DNA of 33,909 nucleotides from Bipalium vagum (Eukaryota): the NCBI GenBank assembly GCA_037834085.1, contig JBBMKC010221681.1, positions 1 through 33,909 on the forward strand, in the 5' to 3' direction. The notes under the pieces were generated by a model that was not told the DNA's origin, searched no databases, and was given only the letters and a program-made list of their open reading frames with translations. The position numbers and the translations under genes were made by a program. Position 1 is the first letter of the stretch, and each line of letters starts with the position of its first letter. Shown in pieces: positions 1 through 13,186 of this stretch.

Positions 1-600
1 TTTATTAGAAATTTTTCCTATTTTAAAAAATATTGAAATTCAATCTCTTCAAGATATTTATGATTTTTTGGAAATTGGATATTATGACTACCTCTGGTAG
101 CCATGACAGCTTTGCTGCATTATGAATCTCCTTGGAAATAATTATTTTAATTTTTTATTTTAAAAAAATCGAAATGGATGCAAATTAAAATTCAATTGAT
201 CTTAAAAAAAGAATTGAACAATTAAAAAAATTAATTGTGGTAAAAAATAAATTTGAAACTAATCAATTAAATCAATGGAAGAAAGAGGAATTCAACAAGA
301 TTTTACAATTTTTCATAAACTTGTTACTGATGCAGTTAATAAATCTAAACAAGAAACAAAAATTTTGCGAGACGAAAAAGAACAAACAGATAAAGAAAAA
401 GTTAATGAAAATACTTCTATTTTAACTGAAGAAATTTGTGAAAATCTATGACAATAAATAATATTAAGTTCGAATTAACAAAAAATAGGAATAATGAAAT
501 TTCTATGAAACATCAAAATTCTGATAATTGGTTAACTTTAACAGTTGGTTTTGAATCTTTTTTGGAAGGAAAATATTATAATAATATAGATAATATTTTT
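1..600 (+). pseudogene. Decayed coding remnant, possibly a Polinton accessory ORF
   Basis: Frameshifted K/E/N-rich ORF pieces (MDAKLKSIDLKKRIEQLKK...; FHKLVTDAVNKSKQETK) about 1.3 kb from Polinton-like termini; no diagnostic motif. Confidence 0.25.
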
Positions 601-1520
601 AAAATTTCTTATATTTTATTATTTTTATATTTGAAGAAAATGGTGTTAAAATTTTTTATAATTTTCATTCATTTTTTTATTGCCAAAAATTCAGAAAATT
701 TTTTAAAATGTTTTCCTTATATCCATATGGAGTAGATTAAATGTTATTTATCATCAAACTGGTCTAATGCTTTTTTATTTTGTTTTAAAAGAAATATGTC
801 ATGCTTATCAGATTTTATTTGTATTTATTCTAAAATCTTTGTCTGTTATTATCGGATTTATTAATTTATTTTTAAAATTGTGGAGACGACTCCCAGGCAA
901 GGAGCAGAAAGGAAATGACTCGAAAAAATTTACTACTTTGTGATCCAAACATTTTGTGCAAACCTTATGTTGTAATCCTTTAAAACCTTTGCTATATAAA
1001 TTCTTGATATAAAACTTTAAGCATGATATGTGTATATGTAATAATTGATAAATTCCGGAAAAGGTGAAAAATAAATTAATTAATTAAAACCGAAAAAAAA
1101 AAATAAAATATAAATAATATTCACAAAAATAACAGATAAATTAAGATAATTATAAATTTAGAAATACCAAACAAACAAATTACTAAAAATAAAAATAATA
1201 ACTAAATAATGAAATAAATAACAAAAAAGTTATATAAAAATTAAATATAGTAAATTTATATTACCATAAATAAAAATAGGTTAAAAAATAATATAAATTA
1301 AACTTATTTTTAATTAAAAACAGAACAAAAAAGGTAAAAGGGCAAAACAGAATTTTTCTTTTGGATATCAAATTACAGCGTAGCTGTCAGAACATCGACT
1401 GTCATAAAAAAAGAACAACTTTTGAGATCCGTATATCAAATATCGTAGCAGAAGAAATGATATTAAATTACATTGGAAATCGGACACTTGTGGGGCAGAG
1501 ATCAAAAGGAAATTTAATAT

Positions 1521-1615
1521 TACCGTAAATACTCGAATATAAATCGACCTCGGGTATAAATAGAGGGGGGAAAATTGGAAATTCTGTGGAAAACCGTATG
1601 ACTCTTATATTCGTG
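1521..1615 (+). mobile_element. Terminus of a Tc2/pogo-type (TcMar) non-autonomous element
   Basis: TA+CCGTAAATACTCGAATATAAATCGAC resembles the widespread TACCGTA-x-ATACTCGA-x-TATAAG-x-CG terminus; partial inverted copy (cttatattcg) near 1603-1612. Confidence 0.5.
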
Positions 1616-1908
1616 CTGCAACTGTTCTGAAAGTATCTCCATAAAAATTACATTGTTTATTTGGTGGTTAAACATTATTTAAAATTTCTAAATGTGATTT
1701 AGATTTTTTATGAGAAATTAAACCTGGAAGTGTTCTACAATCTTTTTTACAAATGTCACAGTAGGTTAAATTCATTTTTTTTAAAAAATTTAATTTTTTC
1801 AGTATAAAATTTTATGATTTTCTTAGTAATTTTTTTTATTATTTTTTAAGAAAAAATTTGATATTTATAAGTTTTTAAAAACTAGTAATATAAAAATATA
1901 ATAAATGA

Positions 1909-2099
1909 AGTAGTACGTAAAACCATACTTTGAGGAGAGGAAAAATGTTTTTACTTTTTTATAGGAGCAAAGCGACTAAAAAATGGTAAAAAAAATATGT
2001 CCCCAAAGTTTTTTTTATTTTTTGAGGGAGCCCCCCTCTGGGGGTGAGTAAAGAAAAAAAAGTGTGTCCTATCCTCAAAGTATGGTTTTACCTACTACT
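1909..2099. mobile_element. Polinton/Maverick-type terminal inverted repeat pair (AGTAGT...ACTACT) enclosing 191 bp
   Basis: 1909-1941 matches the reverse complement of 2067-2099 at 31 of 33 nt; (AGT)2 ends are typical of Polintons; an integrase relic lies 600 bp away. Confidence 0.65.
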
Positions 2100-2699
2100 A
2101 TCTCGGTTGAAAATTTTTTGTGCACTGAGATAGAGTATTATATGATGATAATTATCATAAAATAAAAAATGTCATCGATTTACTTTTCGAGATATTCAAA
2201 AAATCAATAATGGGATCAGAAATAATGATCGGATCAAAATGAAAGTCAAATCAGCAGGAAGAGCACTTAATTTTCGTTTAGATCAAATTCATAAAATTTT
2301 AAAATTATATATTTATGATAAAGATTTTTCTAGGTAAATATTTTTACGCTTGCTTGTCTTTGAAATTTAAACAAAACGGTATATGATTTTGGGTTTCATT
2401 TTTTAAGTTCAAAAAAATTGAAAAAATGAATCGCTAAAATCATATAACGTTTTCGGTTCAATTTTAGTTTTTATAATTTAAATTTTTATTTAATTTTTTT
2501 AATAATATTGTAATATTTATTAATGTTATGGTATATAATAATATCATATGGACTTTAAATATTTATTAAACTAATATTTAAAGCTCTAAAACGCTAAATA
2601 GTTCTTAAATTTAGGCCATACACTTTAAAAGATTCTTAAAAATAAATATTTTAATTTATTCATTATTTTTGTATTTCATTCATTTTATAAAAAATTTAT

Positions 2700-3345
2700 A
2701 TTGTTTCAACTCATTCTCATAAAACTTTCCTAATATATTTTGACCATTTTTATCTATACAATTGGAGCCTATAATAAATTTTATTTATAATAAATATTTT
2801 CTCAATCCATTTTGCTGTATATTCTTTTTCAATTTTATTTTTGTATTTTAAAATTCTTACATGATCTCCAATATTATATTTTGGTTTTTTACTTTGAGCA
2901 TCTTCAAATTTGGAGGCATTAATAATAGAAGGGTCTTTACTCATTTCTATAGGTGAGTTGATGAATAAATTTTGTTATTATAAATATTTATTAAATTTGG
3001 TAATAAGTTTAACCATTTTCTATTTCCTTTCTCTGTAAATTTTTTAAATATCATATTCTTTAAAGTTTTATTGAATTTTTCAATTACAACAGCTTTTCCT
3101 TCATTTTCTGTTGAGTAGATTTCAATCTCATTATCATAACAAAACTCTTGGAATATTTTATTGTAAATATTCTGTACCTTTATCAACCAAAATTTTTCTG
3201 ATTTTCTTTGGTAGTCTCCAAATATTATATCAAATGCATCTGTTATTGATTTTTCAGTTTAATTTTTTAAAGGTATAGCAAAAGCAAAAAAGTATATAAA
3301 TCGATAACTGTTAATATTATTTTATAATCTTTACCCTGTTTGTTG
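2700..3345 (-). mobile_element. Polinton/Maverick integrase (rve-type) pseudogene, 5'-truncated
   Basis: YKIILTVID..FAFAIPLK..; IEIYSTENEGKAVVIEKFNKTLK; W...LP.LINIYNN; PKYNIGDHVRI...YTAKW..KIF; FYENEL; stops and frameshifts present. Confidence 0.88.
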
Positions 3346-3371
3346 TGATTCAGCTGCTGTAAGGATAGATT

Positions 3372-4170
3372 TGTAGTCATAAAACATGCAGGTACGAATT
3401 TGAGATTTTTTAATATTGATTTATTATATATTATATTACCATATTGTAGAGTTTAGGAGTAATAATAATATTTTTAATTATAATAACTTTTAAATAATAA
3501 TAATAATAATGATGATAATAATAACAATAATAATAATAATGAGAAATTTTAAATGATAATAATTAATTTTAATAATAATAATAATTTTTAATTAATAATA
3601 ATAATTTTTAAATAATATTAATAAGAATATTTTAAAATTAATGTTAATAATTTTTCTAAAAAAATTTTTTATTTTGTGTCATTTTTATATTGACAAAATC
3701 CCGCCGTGGGGATTAGTTTTCTTGGGATCAGGCTAATGGGCTTCTATTTCCAAATTATACAGTCGTATTCTTTTTACAAGGGGACCCAGCGAGCTAGGGA
3801 ACCCCTAGGCGACCTGAGAAGGGCCTAGAGGGTGACCCGAGGACCCCTTGTCGCTCTCATTGAGATCGATTTTGATTATTTTATTTTCTTTTTTTTTGTC
3901 AATTTTAGTATTAAAGTATTATTATTATTAAATTTAAATTCAGTATTAGCGGGATTTGAGTTTATCCTTAATAACAGTTCTGTTGTGATCGATTTAACAT
4001 TTGTAATTGTTGGTACAAATAAAGTTTTATTTTAAATATTTCGAATTGGTTATTAAGGGAGCGGATATTGTATAGTAGAGGGTGTTTTACATTCAAAGGG
4101 GTTGAGAGGGATTTCGAACACGAGTTACAGAAAGTGAGGAGTCACGAGCAGACGACCACACGTTGCTACA
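3372..4170. mobile_element. Possible solo LTR or other repeat insertion
   Basis: TGTAG...CTACA ends, GC-rich blocks at 3695-3860 and 4050-4170, TAA-rich middle; begins close to where the integrase relic is cut; no TSD found. Confidence 0.3.
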
Positions 4171-4419
4171 TTTTAGTATAATAGTAACAATATGACTGAT
4201 TTTCAAAAACGCTAATATCATGTATATATAGATAAATGTCTGCCTGTTAGTATATAAACTACATTGAAAAACAGGTAAAAAATGACTCAGTTATATTAAT
4301 TAGTTCTTTATGATTCCAAACGTATTCTTAAACAACTCTGACAGTAAGAAATAACAAGTATTTTAGTGATTATCGACTCGGTTTTTAATTTTTTTTATTA
4401 CATAATTACGTTAATTTTT

Positions 4420-4850
4420 AGATTGGTGTTATATTCTGCAAACTATATAATGTTAGTGGAAAAATAGATTTAGAGTTCATATCAGAACTGCTTTACTATG
4501 CAACATACCAAGGCGTATTACGGAAACGTTTGATGCCATTTTCAAAGAAATTAAGACAACTTATTTTTTCAACAAGACAATGCGACATGTCATGTAAGTC
4601 GTAATACCACATCTTTTCCTGGAGGCTAATAATATTCGAGTTATGAAGTGGCCTAAATGTTCTCCAGATCTAAATCCAATTGAAAATTTTTTGGGAATAA
4701 TTGTACGTTCTATATCAAAATAACAGACAATACTAAGTCGTGAATGAGCTAAAAGGTACCATCTAGGAAGCATAGCAATCTATTTCTCAAGGAACATTTG
4801 ATAATTTAATTAACAGTATACTAAATCTGGTTTTGAAATAATTACTAATA
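4420..4850 (+). mobile_element. Tc1-family transposase C-terminal remnant
   Basis: IFQQDNATCHVS..., EANNIRVMKWPKCSPDLNPIENFLGII; frameshifted. Confidence 0.88.
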
Positions 4851-5653
4851 CTTTTTGTAACGTTTTGCATTATTTTAATTATTATTTAATTGTACTTAAA
4901 AATAAAATTAACTAATTAAGTTTAAAATTCAATTTATTTAAATTATTTGAACAGTTTAATATATAAAATATATTTTTAGAAAAATCAAATTTCACCATCT
5001 AACATAAAGTCAAATGTAAATGATTCAACTTAGTTTTAGTAATAATAAAAATAATAATATTACTATTATTATTGTATTATTTACTATTTCAGTTGTGTAA
5101 TCATTAATACAAAAAATCAGTCAAATATCGATTTTTCCAAGACAACATAAATATGTACAAATCTTTAATAGAAAAAAATCAATCTTAGCACTTTAACAAA
5201 TGATTCATTGCAGCTGCACGACGATGAAGATTTGATGATTTCATAAATCAATAATAATAAACTTAAATAAATGATGTAAGATGTCCCTTTTTATATTTTA
5301 TGAAAAGTGAAGACTTTTTGAGGATGAAGAAACCGGATTTCTTATAGATAAAAATTGATATTTTTGTAACGAATGACACACGGCACAAAAATACAATTAT
5401 TGTTGCTCAATTTCATATTATTTTTATTATTATTATCATCAACATAATCACATCATCCAATAGAACGATAATAAAAAATGGATTGGTTTTTATCCATTGA
5501 TAATGATAATAATATTTGTGGTATGGAATAATCTGTGTGTGATTATCACATTGTTTGGATGTGACTGTTAGTGTGTGTGTGATATGATGAGCAATCCGGT
5601 TGCTTGAGAGATTTGCTGGCTGGCTCAGGTTAGTAGCACACTGTTTTTTGTGT

Positions 5654-5960
5654 TCATATCAGCCAGGGAGTCAATGAAGAACAATTAGATGACGATTGAG
5701 ATTTGACTGGTGTCGATGATTGTGAGCTGATCAGAACTGGTGAGGACGGTTCTGTGAAATCTATCGGCACAGTGTCCAGACTGCTATTGATATTATTGTT
5801 GTTATTGATATTATTATTATGCACTCTGCCAACTGATTGTTGGCGAGGACGATTTGATGCCGGAATAGATTGCACTTTCACTGCACTTCTATCTTTTTTT
5901 AAATGCTGGCGACGTAAATTGAATTGTGCTTCTTCTAGTCCTGCTCCGTCACTGGTAATT
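5654..5960 (-). CDS. RasGAP exon 23 (terminal)
   Basis: ITSDGAGLEEAQFNLRRQHLKK...SSLTPWLI*; AATAG acceptor in the correct phase. Confidence 0.8.
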
Positions 5961-8088
5961 CTATTTTTTATCAATTACATCAAAATATTTTAATAACAAT
6001 TGATAATTACTAAAAAATTTAAATTATAAAAAAACATGATTTTTTATTATTATTATTATTATTATTATTTAACTTTAAAATATATCAATTTTGGAATTCA
6101 AAACTTATCCAGGAATTAAAATTGAAGAAAATCAGAATTCTTTAGTTTTCATTTGATTTTTTTTAATTTCAATTCATTGTTAACAATTTATCATTACTAT
6201 TATTGAAAACAAAGATCATTACATCAATTAACTTTCTAAAAAAATTTTTTGACTCTAATAAATCAGGATATAAAAAATATTTTTTCAATTAATTTTTTCA
6301 AAAATTATCATTAATCAATATACTTATATTGATCGATTTTGGGTTGAGATTTATGGGAAGACAGAAATTCTTAACTTTTAACGATTTTTAAAGATTCCCA
6401 TTTTAATCGATTATTATTTTATAGAAATGTTTAATTTGATGACTGAATAATAATTTTGCAATAACAATTCCTTACGTATTGATAACTTCATCGAGAGCTT
6501 CCGTCATGACTTCTTTTTGATTGGAGGTAAAGTCAGCGTGAGAATTAGAAATGAATGAGGAATACATTTTCTGGTTGATTGCGTCACCGCTTTTCGTAAG
6601 ATTGATGATTTGATTTAACTGCTTCAAATCTTTTAACTGTTCATTTTGTACATCCAAGTTCATAGATTCCATTTCTTCATAGAGATCATTGAGATTCTTG
6701 GTGATCTAAACGGTTTACATATAGTTTTATTTATTTACTCAAAACAATTTTAATGTGACAATTATAGAGATCAGGGGTAACCGACATTGTCGATAATTAA
6801 TTTCTGACAGGTCGGTAGTAATATCACTTTACATTTCAAAATATAAATTTCTGCCAGTGTTTCACGATTTTTTAATAATACTAAAATAATCAATAGTTTT
6901 TTTGGAATGAAAAAATTTTAACAATTTTTGTCATATCTGTTTAGTGCAGATTTAGAAGATACGAATTTTTTAAAAATGTACACATTAAAGAAAAATTTCA
7001 CCATGATTCTTTAGAAACTGAAGAAACTACTCCACCAGGACATAATAATTCATCAATGGAAAATAAAACATATGCCCCGAAAATAAGTTGAGCTATTCTC
7101 AGAAAAAATTGTCGTAGCCAAAATCCAGTCGTTAGCAAATATCTCTCTCATCAGCATTTTAATGATGCTAATTACATATCGACTTTGTACGAAAACGGAA
7201 TTATAATTATTAATTCTGTTTTTTCTCAAGAGTATTCCAATATTATCAATATCATTTTTTTGTATTTTTTGTATTTTTATTTTAATATTATCATTATTAT
7301 TATTGGTGAAATGAAAAATTCGAATATATAAATATGGTTCTTTTTAAGTTATAACAAACTGGCGAACAAAATACGATTGATGTCTAATATAGAGTTCATT
7401 GACGATTTCTCCCTCCAGTGATTTCAAACAAAAAGTTCAATGCTAGAGATCAACCATATTTCTACAATAAGACTTCTTTATTGAATATTTGTCATTACGA
7501 TTGACTCAATAGACGAACAAAGTTTTTATATGACTGTTGCGTCATAATTTTTAAATTTTATATACACTTTAATATATTGTTTTAACCTTCGTAAACCTTA
7601 GAAGTTTATGGATTAATTAATTAAACTTTCTCGGATCTATATAATTTTAAATGAAATAAAAAAATTTAATTTAAAACATAATACGAAATAAAAATAATAA
7701 TGATAATGTTACTAACCTGGTCCTTACTGGAATCGAGATAAATTTGTTTCTGTTGCTGATCAAGTAAGCTCAAATAAGCTGAACGGACATTGAAATATCT
7801 GTCTATGGTATTCTGAGAATGACTATCAGGATTATGAGTGAATTTCACAGATGACTCAATAAAATCATATAATGGATTTGCACAATAAAAGTCGTCAATA
7901 TCATTCTGAATAACTGGATCTAAACCTGACGATTCTGATTTTAATTTTCGCTTTGATGAATCAAATTTAACGACATCATTGACTTTCGAATAATGACAAA
8001 CATCATAGGATTTAATTATTGGAATTTTCTGAGGAGGCTGTAAATAAGTTCCATAAATTATTTTTTCTTCAAATATGTCATTTTTCTA

Positions 8089-8125
<37 letters not shown>

Positions 8126-11100
8126 TATTTTCAATATTAATACGGTTTTATTTGAAGTCAAAAAATATCCAATACTTTTTCCATGAAATTATTTCATAAC
8201 ACTTAGAAGTTTAGTGAAAATAAATATACAAGATATAGTGGTGAATTTTCCAAATTGGCAAACAATTACTTAATTATTCGTTAACAACCTCGAAGTCTGA
8301 GAAAATGCAATCAGGAAATAATTATTTGGTGACAACTAGTTTATTTGGCTCGTGTTTGTGGAAGATATTTCAAAACCTCAATATTTAACTTCTGATATTT
8401 TTAATTTGAAATGAATAGAGATAAATTATTTATTCTAACTGAATTATTCACTGATCAGAAAAAATTACCTTGTATACATATTTATAAGTTAAGTTAATCC
8501 TAATAAACAAAAAAGTAGTATTAGTGGTAAGCGCAATCGTGATTTTCAAGAAAATTCTTTTTAGAAACACAAGAAATAGTTTAGAAAGCTTAAATTATTT
8601 AATCTAAAATGAAAATTGATGTATTGATGCAATATAAAATCCCCTTTTCTAAATAATAAAGATTATAACTAAGTCCGAATGCACTATTTATGAATTCAAA
8701 CAATTTGTTTATATTACATTTCAACAAATGATTTATTATTCAGATATCGGGTAGACTAGAACCTACCGATTCCAATTATCTGAATAAGGTCATTGGTTGT
8801 TTTAATGTTCGTTGGAATTAAAAAATACTGATTCTATGATGTTCAACTTTATTATCGATTTTCAAGTCACAGAAGGATTCTAATAAAGTCATATAACAAA
8901 TTATTGATATGTTAATGAATGCTAGTCATTCTGGTAATGTTATTTAGAACAATAAAAACATGATAATTTATATTATTATATTGATTTTAATTAAATGTAA
9001 ATATTTAAAATATGTTGAAAATAAACGATCAATGGTATATCAATTCAAGATTATTTATTATTAATTGAAAAAGTTGACTATAATTATAATCAATTTTATT
9101 GTTATTACCGTGTAATAAGCAGTTGGAATTCTCTTGTTTTGGGGCTGTATGGATTTTGAAAATGCAGATTTTGACTGATTAGTGTGAATATTTGAATTCA
9201 TAGACATATGTTTCTGGTCGAAATTCTTTTTGCTTAAGAAATCACTGGTTGTGTTATCTTCAATTTCCCGAGTATTGTAATGACCTCTGTGAAATGAAGT
9301 AAAATTCATTTGATTTTTCGGTATTGGAGATATTGTGTATTGCTGTTTCGTTGAGTAAACAACAGGGGCAACAACTGGAATTCTATTAAATACACAAAAT
9401 AATTATTGGCAATTTCTTTCTATTTCTATTGCACCCAATTTCATTAACAAATCTCACATTAATAGAAATAGTTAAATAAAATCAATATAATTAATCTAAA
9501 ATAGCATGAGAAATTTTCACTTTTTGTCATGTTACATATTTTTCTGTTTTGTGAAACAAAATAATTAATAACTAAGTAATATATTATCGATCGGCATTAC
9601 ATTTATAAATTTTTGAAAAAGAGTACAAAATTATTTCAAATAGAAATTTTTTAAATTACTTTGATAACTTCGGAGCATTATTACTATTTATATCCGATCT
9701 CATTTGCCAGACATCGGTGCTGTGGACACCATATTCCGAAACGGGGTCAACAACGGATTTTGAATGACATATAGGACTTCCCAGTCTAGGAGGGGAATTA
9801 TCTTTTTCTGATCTACCAAGTTCTTGTAATTTGGTGTTCAGCAAAGGTCCTAGAGAAGCTCTTCTTTGATCAGTAGAGGAAGAGACTTGAGGTTTTTTGT
9901 GTGAAAAGAAAGATGTTGAGTGCGGATAACAAGATTGCAACTGTTGATTTATCTCTCTGATAATGTCTGGCAATTTCAAAACATTCTGAAACTTTGGAGG
10001 CTGAAATATTATTATTATTATTATTACTATTATTAATTTATTACTATTATTATTTGTTTATTTATTTTATTTTTATTATTTCTGCTTTTATTAATACATA
10101 ATTATTATTTAAAGCCTTGTATTGTAATTCTTTTTTTTTATTTGTATTATTACTTATTATTTTTTATTAGTATGTCTACTAGTAATAGTACTTTTTTAAT
10201 AGTATATTTTGTTATTATTAATAGTTTATTTTTAATTTTTTATTATTTCATAAAATTTACAGTAATATATATAAAAATATAATTAATTTAAAAATGATAT
10301 TCGTCAATATTTTGTTCGACTGATAATGAGAAAAATAGGAAATTTCCACTGAAAAATTGTATTATTTTTAAATTTATTTCTATTATTAATATTTTATTAT
10401 TTTAAATTTATTACATTCAATTAAGTTTTTTTTCAATGAACACACACAGAAAGAAAATAATTAATTTCACCAATAAGATAAAAATAAATAGAATAAAATG
10501 AAATTATTGCTGTGACATTTCACATTTATTCTATTACCGCTTTGAATCTCCATTTAAAATAAAACCGGCACTGTATATATATATATATATATATGTATTA
10601 CTAATTATGTTTTGGCACTCAAAAATTACAATGATGTGCAACTCGTTAACATTAAGAACTTTCCAGTGGGTTTCGTGTTTGATTGGTAGATTTTCATTTT
10701 TTAATAAAATGCGAAGAAAAGAAAATAATAGGTGTTTATTTAAAAATGGCGGGAAAAAATTACAAATTCATTATTTTAACCAGAATTGACAATAAGTCAA
10801 TGACAATAAGCGTTGATGACATTTTATAGAATCGATGGATTCCTACTACACTTTTATGCGGAAAATCTGCGGTGTAGATATAGTACATTAAGGAAAGAGA
10901 TTTTCTTTAACGATTTTGATCTGTGTCAACCAATGACAAAAACACAAACGGTTTCTTTAAAGTCACACCCAACAAAATATGTAATTATCAGCAAGTAAAA
11001 CATCAAGATTTCTGTTCTCATTTGAAGAAATTTTCCATACTGCAATTTTCATTTTTCTATTTTCCTCGTTCACCACAAATCAACTTTACCCTTGAATTTA

Positions 11101-13126
11101 CAATTGTTGAGCCAATCAAGTTTGGGATGGTCACTTTACAACACTCAACTTTGTTGGATTTTATTATCTATTTCAAATTTCCCCCCCTTTCCCTTTTCTC
11201 CTGTCAAGAATATTATAATCAATAATATTTTTCAGATAACCATTATATATTTTCGTAATGATTTTTTTTTAAAATCTTTAAGCTTTTGTTGCAGATGAAT
11301 TGATCAATCGATTTTAAAGTTATTTTAACATTAACCAAAAATATATATATGAAAATCGAAATATTTTCTTTTCAATTGGAATATTAATGTAAACCTCAAA
11401 AAACGGAAATGAATTTTAGCTTTAAAATAGAACGCAATTGTTATAAGAAAAAATCATTTTACAATTAATAATGTCACAAACTTTGTTCAAGTTATCCTTC
11501 ATAGTATCCGAAGCTAAAACGTTGTGCAGCCTTGCCAATTCTACAGATAAATCGATTGTTGATCCATAAAAAACAATTTCCTTTTTCACACTATTCTGAA
11601 GCTCGTCAATGTTTTCCTCATTTTGGATTGAAGATATGTGGCGCAGAAATTCTCTCATGCGAGGAATTTCCTCTTTAAAACATTCATTGAGAAATATCAT
11701 AAAATGTTCTTTGTCACCAAATTCTGAGAAATTAGCTAATGACTGAAAATATAGATTTTCATGAAGAACGGTGGCATCCATATCACTACTTACTTGCAAT
11801 GATTTGGCAATCAATGTCAGTGTTCTTTGAACGGAAGGTTTTTCTGAAAAATGCGAAACAAGACCGAAAAGGTGCGGAGATAAAATAGCTGGGCATAGGA
11901 GTCGAAGAAATATACAACCGGAAACTATGACGTCACAGTGAAGTGCTTTTTTTTCTTTCTCTTCACTTTTCTTGGAAGAAGATTCTAAGATTTTTCTCCA
12001 ACAAGTGAAAACAAGCTTCAATTGTCTGGAAAATGTTTACATTCGTAAAACGAAACCAATATTGATCATTCCAAATACTTGGGAAATTCGTGATCTTTAC
12101 TTTCGTAAATCTTACACCAAATTTGTTTCAAAGATTCGATTAGTCGATGTTGATTGTCTAGGGTGACAATTTTTGGATCTTCCGTGCCAAAATTCATACG
12201 AGAAGAGTCTACTTCAATTGTCACATTTTTAAACATAACGTCACGAATAAATGAGTGAAGCATATTATGCAAATACTGAAAAAAATAGTTTATAAATTTC
12301 ACTCATTAAACATTAAATTTCTATTACCTGGGAACCGACAAGTTTCATATGACTTTCGATTATTTTGGTAACAATAGTGTTAGCACGTAGAGTCATGGAA
12401 TTATTTTCTGTAAACATTGAAATAATATAAGGATAATAATTAATATTTATAATAATTTTTAATAATTATAATGGTAATAATGATAATAATAAATTAGATA
12501 ATCTGAATAATGAATTGATTAATTCTGCATTCATTGTATTTTCAGGTTGTGAAAAAAGTACAAATATATTTTATTGTACTGAAATTCGTGTAAAGAAAAA
12601 TGGACCTGAATTGACTTCTGTTCCTTTCAAAAATTTTTCCGATTCCAAGAAATTTAACGCGAAATTTAATTTTAGAGCTTGAAACTTAGCTGTCATTAAA
12701 CAGATTTCTATTTGGCATGACAAAGTAAATCAATCGTGTCTGATTGATCTTTCAATCTGTTTATACCAGAATGTTAACCAATGTCGCCAATGTATATCAC
12801 AAATTATTTGTTTGCAATAATTGTAATCCACAAGATCAGAGAATTTCGTAATTAATAATTTTAATTTAGAAAGAAAAATTTAATCTTTATATTGGTTTTT
12901 AATTTTTATAACTTAATTTCTTTGTACAATTAAAAATTTCATTAGAAAGGTAGTTCAATTATTAAATCAATCAATATTTTTAAATTAATCTTTTATTAAT
13001 AATTTCTCACTGTGAAAATTGATTATGAATATGATAAAAATTTTCTTTTTTCATATAAAAAAGACCTTGTAAATAATTTTATTTTTAATTTAATTTTAAA
13101 ATTAAAACAACAACAACAACAACAAC

Positions 13127-13186
<60 letters not shown>

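Noticed and set aside
5703-5993. Plus-strand 96-aa ORF with a Leu-rich, membrane-like stretch
   Set aside because: Antisense shadow of the poly-Asn (AAT/AAC) tract in RasGAP exon 23.
7140-7170. CTGATGA on the minus strand, also CTGAAGA near 32791, as hammerhead ribozyme cores
   Set aside because: No stem II followed by GAAA in the right position.
10600-11300. Cluster of short plus-strand ORFs and the AAAATGGCGGGAAA motif in intron 18
   Set aside because: No recognisable protein motif. The YY1/E2F-like motif is also common inside MITEs, so a promoter call is unsupported.
11740-11760. Perfect TEV protease site ENLYFQS in ORF 11422..12021
   Set aside because: ENLYFQ is the translated 3' end of intron 17 (tattttcag acceptor). 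No tag or vector sequence is nearby, so it is a coincidence rather than an engineered construct.
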